Source: Jimgerdemannia flammicorona
Lineage: Eukaryota
Direction of reading: 5' to 3'
NCBI GenBank assembly: GCA_003990765.1
Contig: RBNJ01000349.1
Coordinates: 1-32,416, forward strand
Length of the DNA stretch: 32,416 bases
The notes below the pieces were generated by a model, which saw only the letters and a program-made list of their open reading frames with translations, searched no databases and was not told the DNA's origin. The translations under genes and the position numbers were made by a program. Below, piece by piece: positions 1-11,938 of the stretch (positions are counted from its first letter, which is position 1; every line of letters starts with the position of its first letter).

Positions 1-1470
1 TCCACCACGTCCTCCCGCCAGCAGGTCCCTCATACTTCCCCCCAAGCCAGGGCCTCTCCCCACTTGCTGCCATTCAAATGCTCCAGGGCCACCCTGCCCA
101 GTACGCACCTCCGGATGCTCGTTGGTCGCCATGAAACTAGTAGCTTTTCTCCAGAAACTGTGTCGAAAGTGTTGCCAAAGGGTTGTGTAACCTGAATGTT
201 GGTGCCCAGATACTTCCGAACACTTGAACTTCTACACCGAGGACCTTGGACACTTCATCAACTACCGGTATATAATGACCCAACAGCTCAAAGACACTAC
301 CAAACAAATGACCCTCTGGTATGACTACGAAATCGGATACTGTCTTCACAATGAGACTCAAGAAGATGACTGGGAAGACCTCATTACCGAATTGTTAACC
401 ACCAGCCAGCTAATCAAGAGAGCCCTCTGTGTCTACCAAATCTTCCACCATATTCCCTGAGCCATAGCACACTTGTAAGGAGTAATGGCTGGCAGCCTCT
501 CCCGCCTTTCAACCGAAGATGCTGACTGGATAGAATCTGAAGTAGCCAACTCTATTGGCAGCAACTGTGTCGCTGTAGGAAGCCAACAAACCGAACCTAC
601 TCAGCCAGATTTCCACACCACCCCACTCCGAGACAACCATCAAGGTCACCTAATGAGTCTTATGGAGATATTTGAAGGACCGCCCATTACCATAGAAGTA
701 CCCATTGGAGCTACCCCAACCACCTACTACCCTGCCAGCCACAATTCACATCTCATCATTTGGGAACCGAATCAAGAAGAAGCCCAAGAGGTCCCTGTCT
801 TTGAAGAGGAAGTCTAAGAACCCCAAGACTCTGCCCCTAAAGAAACCCCCTCTGATACTGAAACTGATGAGTCTTCAGAAGAAGAAGAGGAGCAACAGAG
901 AGTCTACCAGTCCTCTGTCCACATTCAAGCTGTTCAAGGGTTGGAGAATGTTGTTGAAGATGACTGGCCACTTTTCTACCCTCTCACCTCCTGGCCGGCG
1001 CTCCCACCCTTTGAAGAATAGGATGAAGAAGTCACAATCCAGCAAGATGATTGAATCACTGATGAAGGGTACTTTACCATTCAGTGATCTCATGTCCGTT
1101 TCCTCAGTCCAGTCAGCCAACATTTGTCAGCAAGTCAGTAACACCCGTTTTCAGCAATACCACCCATAACATCCATATCTAGCACTAGCACTTATCTTAT
1201 CTCAATTTGGCGCAAACAATTGTCACACCCATTTTTAGCATTGCCACCCTCTACAACTGTTTCTGGCAACAATCAGCATTCATGTCTACTCATCCAAATC
1301 CAGCATTGCTATCCCCTATAACCCAATCCATAGTAAACAATAGCCTGCACCTCGCATCATGCAAGCCAATAGCATAGTGAATGTTCGCCACAACATAGTA
1401 TACCTTAGCCACGTCCATAGCTAGCAAACTTGTATAAATAACCCATATTCTTAAAGTGAATAAACCTCAG
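1..1470 (+). mobile_element. Truncated LTR-like fragment of a related retroelement (degenerate ORF followed by TATA and polyA-like signals)
   Basis: CpG-poor. The layout after the ORF echoes the LTRs at 4130/11939: short shared motifs (atccatatctag, cacacttat, cagtcag), TATAAATA at 1433-1440 and gAATAAAcct at 1459-1464. Its ends are not resolvable. Confidence 0.45.
2..1054 (+). pseudogene. Degenerate ~350-codon ORF of unknown function with an acidic C-terminal half
   Basis: ORFs 224..460 and 485..817 share frame +2, which continues through a few TAA/TGA/TAG stops to ...EEVTIQQDD* at 1054. No domain recognised. Confidence 0.5.
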
Positions 1471-1506
1471 TCAGTTTGTATTTAAAAGTAAAAAGGATTA
1501 CAAAGA

Positions 1507-1778
1507 AACCACTGCCTCCAAGAGACCGGAAAATTCTGAGAACAAGATAACAACCTAGAGCAATGGATCACTCGGAAGTTTGAGTTAAGGAATTTCTCTT
1601 GCCGCCCGAATTTCAAGTTTTACTACCACGAAAAGGATTCAAGACCACGGACTGCCTGCAAGTCAGTCAACTGGTTTTGAGAAATAACCACTACCTCCAA
1701 GAGACTGGATAAATTCTGAGAATAAGATAACTAGAGCAATGATCACTCAAGGTTTGAGTTAAAGAATTTTCTCTTGCC
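1507..1778 (+). repeat. Imperfect direct repeat, 2 x ~95 bp
   Basis: aaccact[g/a]cctccaagagac[c/t]gga...aattctgagaa...ctagagcaat...tttgagttaa...ttctcttgcc occurs at 1507-1603 and 1686-1778. Confidence 0.85.
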
Positions 1779-1799
1779 ACAGAAAGAAAACATTACCCG

Positions 1800-1965
1800 A
1801 CCGCTGCCATTCGACCGCCATTCGAGACCCGAGACCCAGCCAAGGATTCAAGACCACGACTGCCACGCATTCAGACTGCCATTCGGACCATGCATTCGAC
1901 TGCCATTCGTGATTCAAGACCCAGAAATCCAAGGATACCCAGCCAAAGAATACTAGACTGCCAAA
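1800..1965 (+). repeat. Cluster of short degenerate repeats
   Basis: Recurrent (g)ccattcg / gactgcc units, gattcaagacc (also at ~1636) and acccagccaa. Confidence 0.7.
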
Positions 1966-2384
1966 GACCGACCCACCAGCCTACACGAACGACTGCCCAG
2001 AACCTTTCAAGTTAACAAGTCAAGATGGATGAGCGAACCATCAACCTCTGTTTTCCTGACCTACTGCACCATGAACCGCTTAAAGCCAAGCCTGTCATCA
2101 CCGTATAAATTCAAGTTCGCCGCCAAGTTAATCGCCGCCAGGAACACCCTTTTCCACTAAATATTGAGCCATTGAACAATCGAACAACCTCCCCATCGAA
2201 CAATTGAAGTCTTGCTATTATCAATTATCGCATGTTTCGAATGATCTGATCACATGACTATCAACCTATAACCATCGCAAATGCACTCATATCTATTGCA
2301 TACTTCACCAAGTGGCACATTGAGCTGTGCTTGAAGAGAACTAGGGATACAAACCACACGCAATAATATATATTGATGTTACCA

Positions 2385-2570
2385 TATACTAGTTAAGCTT
2401 ATCAACTTATGTATTAATATATATATTATATATATATTAAGCTTATTAATATATATTAATTATATATATATACTAGTTATATATATATACTAGGCTTACT
2501 AATATACTAGTATATGTTAAGCTTATTAATATGTATATACTAGCTATATATATATATATATATTTTATAG
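2385..2570. repeat. TA-rich low-complexity tract
   Basis: (TA)n runs interspersed with aagctt and actag motifs. Confidence 0.85.
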
Positions 2571-4129
2571 ACTCAAAGCTTTACAGTTTTTTATTTAAAG
2601 AAAAACTAGACTATATAGATCAAAATCCTCTCTTATCTTTACTCTGAGTACTATATCTCTATTAAACCTAGGCTAGCTATTGTTCAGTAACTTGACTATA
2701 CTAGATATAATAGGACAAAGTTGCTTATACCTCATTCTATATATTATACTCTTTTTATCACTAGAGAGAACTCAACTATATGTTTACAACTAAAGATATA
2801 TATCTGAAACTCTAATATATATATAAAGCTATATCTGAGCTAATTTATATAACTCCTGCTATCTCAAATAGAGTAACAGATAAATAAAAAATCCTCAGCC
2901 TCTTCCTGATATATCTCACATTATACAAATATATATCAACTACTTTTATACTATTTTTTAGAGAAATATCTTAAGAATATATCTATAAATCAGAGTTCTA
3001 TAGAATATACTGAGCAGGGTGACCTCAGTGTATTTGGATGGCAGCATGTAGGAAGAGGTCAGAGAGTAGAGTTGGGGATGTCAAGTACTTTATCAGGAGG
3101 AAGAGAAGTTGGCAGTAGTGGAGAAAGAGATATGGTATAGCCAGAGAGAAAGCAGATGAGCTTCACTGAGAAGGTCAAGCAGGGGGATATAGTGGCTGAA
3201 TTAAATGGATAGCTGTAGGGTAGTAAGAGAAAGGCTGTTGCTGGGGGGTCAGGAGGGACTCTCTTGAGAGTATTAAGTAGTAGAACTAGTGGTATAGTGG
3301 CTGGAAGTATAACTGCTGATAGAGCAGTAACTGGTGATTTGGAAAAAAATCCAGATATGACTACTAATAGTGAGACTAGAAAGATGGGGCCCAGATGATT
3401 GAGAGATCTAGCAGATGGTGTGACAGATCTAATAGTGGCCCCATTACTCAAAAAGTCAATCTCAGAGTTTGTGGTTACTTTGTGCTTTCAGGGCTTAGTA
3501 GTAATAGCAAAAATGATCTTAGGGCTAATTGCTAAGCAGATGAGTGATATAGTATCCATGAAGTTCCTGAGGAGTTTGGAAGGGGTAGAGGTGAGCTTTA
3601 AGAAGGCTGGACCATTGGAGGATGTACTGAAGGCTAGGCTAACTATTAGAGAGATATATATCTCAATGATATATTGCTTGAGATGGGACCCCAGAGTGGT
3701 GTAACTTCTAATAAAAGGAGTACTCATAGTGACTATTATAGAGACAAGGAGGAGAGTTGAGAAGGTCATGGCTGAGTATGAGGAGGTGATCAATGTTGGG
3801 TTTTGGGTCTAGAAAGAAATCTCATTCAGAACTAGAGATGTTGATATCAGAATTCAGTTGGCCAGAAGAGAGGCTACTAGGAAGTCTTGTGCCTAGTCAT
3901 CAGTAATGATATGAGAGACCTTTATATATAAGGTGATAAGAGTAAATAGAAGTGAAGAGGAGGAGGAGGATTTATTAAAGGTGCTGAAGAAGCTGAGTAG
4001 TGTAGTGGAGCAGAGGATGAAGGCTTGGAAGGCATATATAGAGTTAATATATTTGGAAGTAGTAGATGAAAAGTATGTCTACATTGATAAGAGACTATAG
4101 GAGAGGTCCCAAGATTACAAGAGACAGAG
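2570..4129 (-). mobile_element. Unclassified, heavily decayed repeat or TE fragment, probably in the opposite orientation
   Basis: Almost no CpG. Strand skew is reversed relative to its neighbours (G-rich on +, 3000-4100). One minus frame reads as stop-riddled protein (DFFLDPKPNIDHLLILSHDLLN...). No recognisable domain. Confidence 0.35.
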
Positions 4130-5631
4130 TGTAAGCACACAACCTCTAAGCCACTAAAATTGCATGACATCCTTAGAACTAATTTGGAAACCACATGTGA
4201 GACTATAAAATAAGTTACTGAAGAGATCATCTGATTACACGAAATATGCCAGCAAGTATGAAAACCCACCACCAAGATACAAGAATACTAGAAGAAGTAC
4301 TATAACCATAAAATTAACTCTGAATCACTATAACTAGTTTGGTGTACTGTACTATTACAAAAGGAAACTGAAAAGTACCAAACTCAAATCAAGACAAGAA
4401 GAACTCTATCTCACCCATCAAAAGGTTCACGAACTGCACTTATTAACTCAAGACCAGGATATACCACAACTATACAAGACCTCATTACTTAGTAGAAGTA
4501 AAATACATTTGAACAACTCTATTCATTCTATCTGTATCACCTCTGTTGGAGAGTGATAGATGCTTCATCTGAACTCAAGAAAGCTGATATTGTCGAAACC
4601 AATCTCAAGTTATCTACATAACAGATATTACTACTAGAAATTGTCTTGGATTACAGAAAATATTATTTCCAAGAGGTTTGAACCCCCAGCCATGATATTG
4701 GGAGCCCTTGCTCTAGACAAGAATGGCCAGTTCTTGCAAATGCACCAGCAGACCAAAAAAAAAGAAAACCAAGACCTGTTATCCTTATACAACTACCACC
4801 ACCAAGGACAGCCTTAATCTTACAAGAGATAGAAGTGATGATACCTTGAAACTGATAATGTCAGAAATCAGAAAACTGCTCAAACTTTGCTAGTGATGAT
4901 GTCATCAATAGTGATGTCATCAAAGATTAACCTGATAGTACCTAAATCTATAAATAGTCTAGCAGTTATAGTATAGTTAGATTAGCCTTATATGACATGA
5001 CTGTGAACTGACTCAGCAGTCAGACAATCTCTTGACATGTCAGATCACACTTATACTATGTGACTACATTCTAACTCAGTAAGACACTTAGTGCTACATC
5101 CATATCTAGTATAGTCCAGATAGCCCCTCACTAGTATAAATACCCCCTCCCCCAGACCTCAGAATCTCAGACTTGAATACTTGAACAATCCAAACACAAC
5201 CCTTGAGCACTTCTCCATAATATCTCTTCATACAACTACTCCTAGTATAGCAATATCATGAATAGCGAATAAACCTATTTAATAACCCACAAACCACTTT
5301 TAAGTAAATCTACTCTCCATTAGGTCCCACTCCTAACCCCATTACGAAATTTTCTAATTGGGTATTGTCTGCAGTGATATGCCAATTCAACTAAGCTGGT
5401 CTTAGTTTCTTGAACTTCCTGAAATACGGAAAATCCTGAACATCCAGAACAAGTCCGAAAAAGGACTTTGGTTGAGACATCAACTCAATCTCGAAATCAA
5501 TAAGTGTAGAGAACATACTCCATATGAAATTGATCTTGACCATAAGAAAATGGTCTTCCAGAATATCCAGAACTTCTAGAAAAACCTTCTAGAACTACAT
5601 AACAGTTACCCTAAAAAGTAACCCTCTTACA
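4130..5631 (+). repeat. 5' LTR (1502 bp)
   Basis: Starts TGTAAGCACACAACCTCTAAGCCAC and ends AACCCTCTTACA. TATAAATA at 5135-5142, AATAAA at 5268-5273. The first ~45 bp and ~4892-5631 align with the 3' LTR. Confidence 0.88.
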
Positions 5632-5634
5632 ACT

Positions 5635-5643
5635 TGGTAGCAG
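5635..5643 (+). promoter_or_regulatory. Primer-binding site, initiator tRNA-Met-like
   Basis: TGGTAGCAG lies 3 nt after the LTR end and is complementary to a ...CUGCUACCA tRNA 3' end. Confidence 0.7.
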
Positions 5644-7657
5644 CAGCTTACAATCCAATTCTGCTTCAAGACACTTCCTCACTCTGCTACAAAGCCCTCT
5701 GCGAATTCCTACAAGTTGGTATAAAGCCTAACCTCTGAACCAGAATTTATCCGAACCATCTGACAATCTGGAGAGAATTGAACCTGATGTATAAGAACAA
5801 TTTGACCTCCACACCTGCAATAAGTGGGACAAACTTCATTCAAAGAAAGAAGTACTCAGGTTAAACCAGCAAATAGGTGAAACTCTATTCATCGAACTCC
5901 TTGCACTACACCCAGCAAGTCAAGATGAAGAAGGTCTTATTGAAGCCTTCTTTACCCTTCTCAATAAGAGTTTTGTTAGTTCCACAAATCCGAGCAACCT
6001 AGGACAACTAGCAGTAGTCTTTCTAGCCTTAGTTTCTCACGAAGCCCAAGTCTCTGTAGCCAAGTGGCTCAACTCTACCAACTTTCACTGCACCAGGACC
6101 AAGACCACCTTATACTACCGATTCCAGAACAGCAAGGCCCACCATATCCTTAAAGAAGAAGCAAGAGAAACCCTTCATCAACTACCTGACCCTGAATCTG
6201 AAGTAGGCTCTGCTACTGCCTTACCTGAATCTGAAACCAATACTGAACCTGAACTTGACTTTGAATTAAGTCTATCTGAAATCAGATATATAACTAATTC
6301 TGTCTACTTTGATGCCGAGCAAACCCAATTATATGGGAACCAAACTGAAGAAGAGGAGGAGTATCTCAGTGAATTCGATTCCAGATATACCACTGAAGGA
6401 GAAGTACCTCCATCAGGACAGAATATACCTACACAGCAATAAACAGTTATCTATCAAGCCCTCACTCCAGACCCACAACTACTACTCCAGCAACTTACAC
6501 AGACCCAAAGAACCCCATCACACTCTGCACCAGTACCTCAAGTAGTACCAGTAACACTACTACTAGTAGTCCAACCACCTCCAGTAAACAACATGGTGAA
6601 CCAACAGATTCTTGACCTCACAGCCCAGGTAGCCATAATGGCAGCAACCATTACTGCCTTAGCTGAACAGACCCGACCTACCAAAAATCTGAGCCTACCT
6701 ACCTTCAATGGTACTGTACAAGAAGTCCAAAGCTTCATTAGTATAGTTGATACCAACTTCAAAGCCAATTAATGGACTAATGAGTGAGTGGCTGACTGCA
6801 TTCTGATAAACAATCAAGACCACACTCTGGAACAACTCTTTGCTACCACTACAGCCTATATCCACTGAGTTGTTACATTCTTCCGAGGACCTGCTGAAGA
6901 ATGGTAGTAAACCCTTCCTGAAAAACCCCTCATATGGGATACCCGACCTGCAGTAGTTGCTCAGAATGCAGCGAACAATGCTCCAGGATATAGAGCCCAT
7001 CCTGCAGCCCCTGGACTCAAACAACTTATGATTGCCCAATACCGCAGCGAAACCATGATTGCTGAATCTCGAGTAAAACTCTGCAACCTCAAATTCAATG
7101 TATATAGCAAAGAAGAATTCGAACCCTTCTGTACAAAACTTGAGTCACTCCTGAATACTGTTGGCCTAGGATATATCGCCAATGATGAAGCACGAAATGG
7201 TACAAGAGCAGACCATTTATTCGATGCCCTACCTGAATGGCTTACTAGAAAAATCTGAGAACAAGGCTGCCCAGTTGGTTGTGATCACCAACAATAGTGC
7301 CTGGCAAGAATCAAGACTATGGTCAAGTGAATCCTAACAGCTGGACCAATTCTACCCTGAAGACAATTTAACAACAAGGAAAAGACTTGGATCAAGAAAG
7401 AAGAACCCAAGCATGAAGCATCTTGAGCTCCCTCCACATCTACCTCTTGGACACCTAGAAATCATGAACCCACTCAGCCAAGTACCTTCAAGAAACTCAC
7501 TGAAGGTGAGAGAAATGAACTTCGAAGAAGCAGAGCATGCTTCTATTGCCAAAAAACAGGACACATGGCCAGTGCCTGCCCTAACTGAAAACCCCGAACA
7601 ACAACACAAGCAACTGTTATCACTCTGCACCACCTCAACAACCTGACCACCAGAACA

Positions 7658-8065
7658 CTGGACTTTGTTAAGTTAAGACAAACTGCTAAGGCCCCAACCA
7701 AAGGAAGTCAAAAAGCAGCTGGATATGACCTGTATGCAGCCAAAGAAGCTACAGTTTCCAACCAAGAAGTTAAACAAGTCTACACAGGAATCAATATCCA
7801 AATCCCTGAAGGACATATTGGAATAATATACTGTCGCAGCAGCCTAGCATTGAAAAAACTCTCAGTAGAAGGAGGAGTCATTGATGAAGATTATACAGGT
7901 GAAATCATTATCCTCATTCAAAATTACAGTTGGATACTATTCAAGATCCCTATTGGTTTCTGTATTGCCCAGATCCTATTCGAGAAAATCGAGTCAACCC
8001 TGACAGTCAAGGAAGTCCCTGAATTACTGCCCACTATCTGAGGATCCAAAGGATTTGGCTCATCA
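7658..8065 (+). pseudogene. dut: Trimeric dUTPase domain within the retrotransposon polyprotein
   Basis: All five motifs in order: AGYDL (7718-7732), RSSLA, GVIDEDYTGEI, IAQ, and (R>stop)GSKGFGSS. Confidence 0.93.
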
Positions 8066-11000
8066 AACAAGGCCCCAGCCCAATCTACCATGAGCAAAGA
8101 AGAACAATTCTATAAGAAGATCAAAGATGGATATGTACCAAGTGGCCAATACCCTCATGGCATTGGAATGTACTCTTCCTGAATGATTGACGATTGCTTC
8201 TTCTGTGTCAATAAACTGGCACAAAGAAAAACCAATAGAAGGAAAGCTCCTAAAACTGAAATCACCACCATTGGATCAGACAAACTGCTCACCCTTAAGG
8301 CTTTTGTCAATGGAGCACTTGTTAAGATTATGATAGACAGTGGTACCTCAGGCAACTTTATCAATGAAGAGACAGCCAACAAACTTAAGGTCTTCACCTC
8401 TCCAGTACAGCAAACTCAAGCAGTTGCTATAGCTGATGGAACCTCACATGTTATTAGCAAAGAAGTCTGCAATCTACCTTTCTGAATTGGTGACTACCGA
8501 GTACATGTTACCCTCCAGATCGTACCACTCCCTGACAATGAAATCATCCTTGGAACCCCATGGTTAAAACAAGAGAACCCTATGATTGATTGGGTAAACC
8601 ATTCTCTGACCATCAAGAAAGGATGCCACAACTTCAAACTACAAGGCAAAAAGGACCCACTCAACTCTAGTGACCCTGGACCAAAGATCACCCACATCAA
8701 CAAGCTACAACTCAAGAAATTGGCTAAGAAATGCCCTCTCTTCGCCATCTCCATTCATCCATCCAAAGGAGAACCTGAGAACTCTGAAGAAGATTTTTCC
8801 AAAGTTGACAGCCATGTCAGACCACTACTCTAGAAATTTCGAGACATATTCCCGAAAAAGCTCCCAAAAGGTCTATCTCCCAAACGAGCAGTAGACTATG
8901 TAATCAAGACTATCCCAGATGCCAAACCAGCCTTCAAGTCAATCTACCACATGTCTCTGAGAGAAATTGATACACTCAAGAAGGAAATCAATAAACTCCT
9001 AGAATAAGGATTCATCAGACCCAGTGTATCACTCTATGGTGCATCAGTCCTCTTTATTGTCAAGAAAGGAGGAGACCTGCAAATGTATATTGACTACTGC
9101 GATCTCAATGAACAGACCATCAAGAACTGTTGCCCACTACTGAGGATCGATGAAATATTTGATAGACTTACCAACCCACAATTCATGAGCTCTTTTGATC
9201 TGCAAAATGGTTATTGGCAAATTGCTATGAAAGAAGAAGACATCTACAAGACAGCTTTCCAAACTCGCTATGGACACTTCGAGTTCCTGGTTATGTCCTT
9301 TGGCTTAACTAATGCCCTAGCAACCTTCTAGATACTGATGAATACTATTCTGCATCCATACCTGGACAAATTCATTATTGTCTACATTGATGACATCCTA
9401 GTCTTCAGCAAAACCCTGGAGGAACATCTTGAATACCTTGAACTAGTACTACTGAAACTCCAAGAAAACCGATTCTTTGCAAAACTCAGCAAGTGTGAAT
9501 TTCTTCTGAAAGAAATTCAATTCCTTGGACACATTGTCACTCCAAATGGAATCAAAGTGGACCCCAGCAAAATCTCTGCAATCAAGGATTGGCCCAGACC
9601 TAAGAAGCTGAAAGACCTCCAGTTGTTTCTGGGATTAGCAAACTATTATAGGCGATTTGTTGCCAACTTTGCTAAAATCGCTACTGCCCTCACCCAAATG
9701 ACCAAGCACAGCAAGAAACAAGAACAACCCTGGACTATGAAACAAGAGAAAGACTTCAACAATCTTGTAAATTGGGGACCTGAGCAAGATACCACCTTTC
9801 AAGCACTGAAGGATGCCTTAATAACCACTCCAGTACTTCAAGCAGCAAATCCTGCTCTATTATATAAAATCACTACTGATGCCTCTGACCTAGCTCTTAG
9901 AGCAGTGCTCATACAAGAAGGACACCCTGTGGCCTATCACTCTCGCAAGTTCAATAATGCCGAAATCAACTACACAACTCATGAGAAGGAAATGCTAGCC
10001 ATCATAGACACTCTGATCAAATGGCAATCATACCTAGAAGAAGCACACTTCACTGTATTGACTGACCACAAGTCATTAGTCAACATCAAGACACAGGCTA
10101 CCCTTTCTCGAAAACAAGCCAGATGGATGAAAGTCCTCACCAACTTTGACTACGAAATCCAGTACTGCTCTGGTAAGGAAAATATTGTTGCTGATGCAAT
10201 CTCCAGACCACCAATCAAAGATATTATCCAAACTCTCACCTTGGTTATGAACTCCATTATGGAACAAATTATCACAGCATGTGCCAATGACAAGGAAGCT
10301 CAAGCACTCCAAGAAATTCTGAATAGTGATAATGCCAACAAGCATACACAGTATCATTAATACTAACTGAAGAACAATGCTATCTACTACAAGGACAGAT
10401 TGTATATCCCAAACAACTGAGACCTCCGAAGGACTATCTTATTCAAATGTCATAATGTCCCTACAGTTGGACATTTAGGATTTGATAAATATTATGAAGT
10501 TATCTCCTGAAACTTCTATTGGCCCCGCATGGCAGATTAGCTCAAAACCTACATTACTTCCTGTGATGCCTACCAATGAAACAAGTCCTCAATATTAGCA
10601 AAACCTGGCTTACTTCACCCTATCCCAGTACCATCTGTGAATTGGGAATAAATCTCTATGGACTTCATTGTACAACTGCCCCAAACCAAGAACAGGAAAG
10701 ATGCAATTGTTGTCTTTGTGGACTATCTCAGCAAACAAGCCCACTTTGTACCTACTATCACTACTGCAACAGTACCAGACATAGCCACACTCTTGTTTGA
10801 CAACATCTTCCACTATCATGGTCTTCCTAAGATCATTGTTAGTGACCGAGATCTGAAATTCACCAGCCACTTTTGGAAAGCCCTCCATATATACCTTGGA
10901 ACAAAACTTGCACTATCCACAGCCTTTCACCCAGAAACTGATGGCCAAACTGAAAGAATGAACCGAACTCTGGAACAAATGCTAAGAAACTATGTTTTCT

Positions 11001-11560
11001 ACAAACAAGATGACTGGTATGAACACCTCACTGCAGTTGAGTTTGCCTATAACAATAGTAAGCAAGTCTCTCTTGGAATGACCCCATTCTTTGCTAACAC
11101 TGGACAAAACCCAAATATCCCTTTGACACTTATCTGAACCACTGAAGAACCCTCTACAGTCGAAGCTGTTGAAGAATTCTTACTTCGAATGTGCAATCTA
11201 AGCCAGATTGCCATCGAGAATTTATCATGAGCTCAAGAACAACAGCCACAGTATGTTAACCAACACTGCCGAGAAGAAACTTTTGATATTGGAGAAAAAG
11301 TTCTACTAGACATCAGAGGATACCAAGTTGACAACCTCAAGCACAGACCATCTATAAAGCTGAACAGCAAGTTCATTGGACCATTTAAAGTCATTGCACA
11401 AATCTCTCCAACCTCCTACAAACTGGCACTATCGGACACTATTATAATTCACCCAGTCTTTAATGTTCAATGTCTCAAGCGATACAATGAGAATGATGAC
11501 AAGCTATTTCCAAACCAGACTATCAAACCACTTGCACCTGTCATTATTAATGACCAAGAA

Positions 11561-11725
11561 GAGTACGAAGTTGAACAAATTCTCAACAAACATGGTCACA
11601 AGAACCACCCAAAGTACCTTGTCAAATGGAAAGGTTACCCAATCCATGATGCAACCTGGGAACCCAAGACTAATCTCCAGAATGCTACTGACCTAGTTCA
11701 GGAATATGATTCCTTAAACAACTAG
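11561..11725 (+). pseudogene. Integrase-fused chromodomain
   Basis: EYEVEQILNKHGHKNHPKYLVKWKGYPIHDATWEPKTNL, with the Y/W/Y aromatic cage residues present. Confidence 0.92.
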
Positions 11726-11924
11726 AACCAAATACTCTCACACCTATCCATATATACTATATATTATCCTCCTAAATATTATAATTATTGCAAACCAAAC
11801 CAAGAACTCAGCAAAACAAGACAAGAATACCGACCCTCTGGAAAAATGGCAAAACTGAAAGCAAGCCTATTCTTCCTATACCACTGAACAAAATTAGAAG
11901 GCCCCGATGAAGACATTGAAAGCT

Positions 11925-11937
11925 AAGAAGGGGAGAG
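11925..11937 (+). promoter_or_regulatory. Polypurine tract
   Basis: AAGAAGGGGAGAG immediately upstream of the 3' LTR TG. Confidence 0.85.
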
Positions 11938-11938
11938 T

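Larger units (their letters stand above)
5642..11725 (+). pseudogene. Single-frame gag-dut-pol polyprotein pseudogene (frame +2; first in-frame ATG at 6593)
   Basis: ORFs at 7028, 7850, 8183, 8582, 9083, 9338 and 10658 all share frame +2. CCHC knuckle CFYCQKTGHMASAC at 7538-7579, protease IDSG at ~8333-8344, RT YIDD at 9383-9394, RNase H TDASD at ~9875, integrase MDF/SDRD/TDGQTE and GPF motifs. Final stop TAG at 11723-11725. Confidence 0.92.

Noticed and set aside
5642..11725. Recoded genetic code (TGA readthrough) explaining the in-frame stops
   Set aside because: All three stop types occur at Arg/Gln/Trp-like positions, consistent with transition mutation, and host genes use the standard code.
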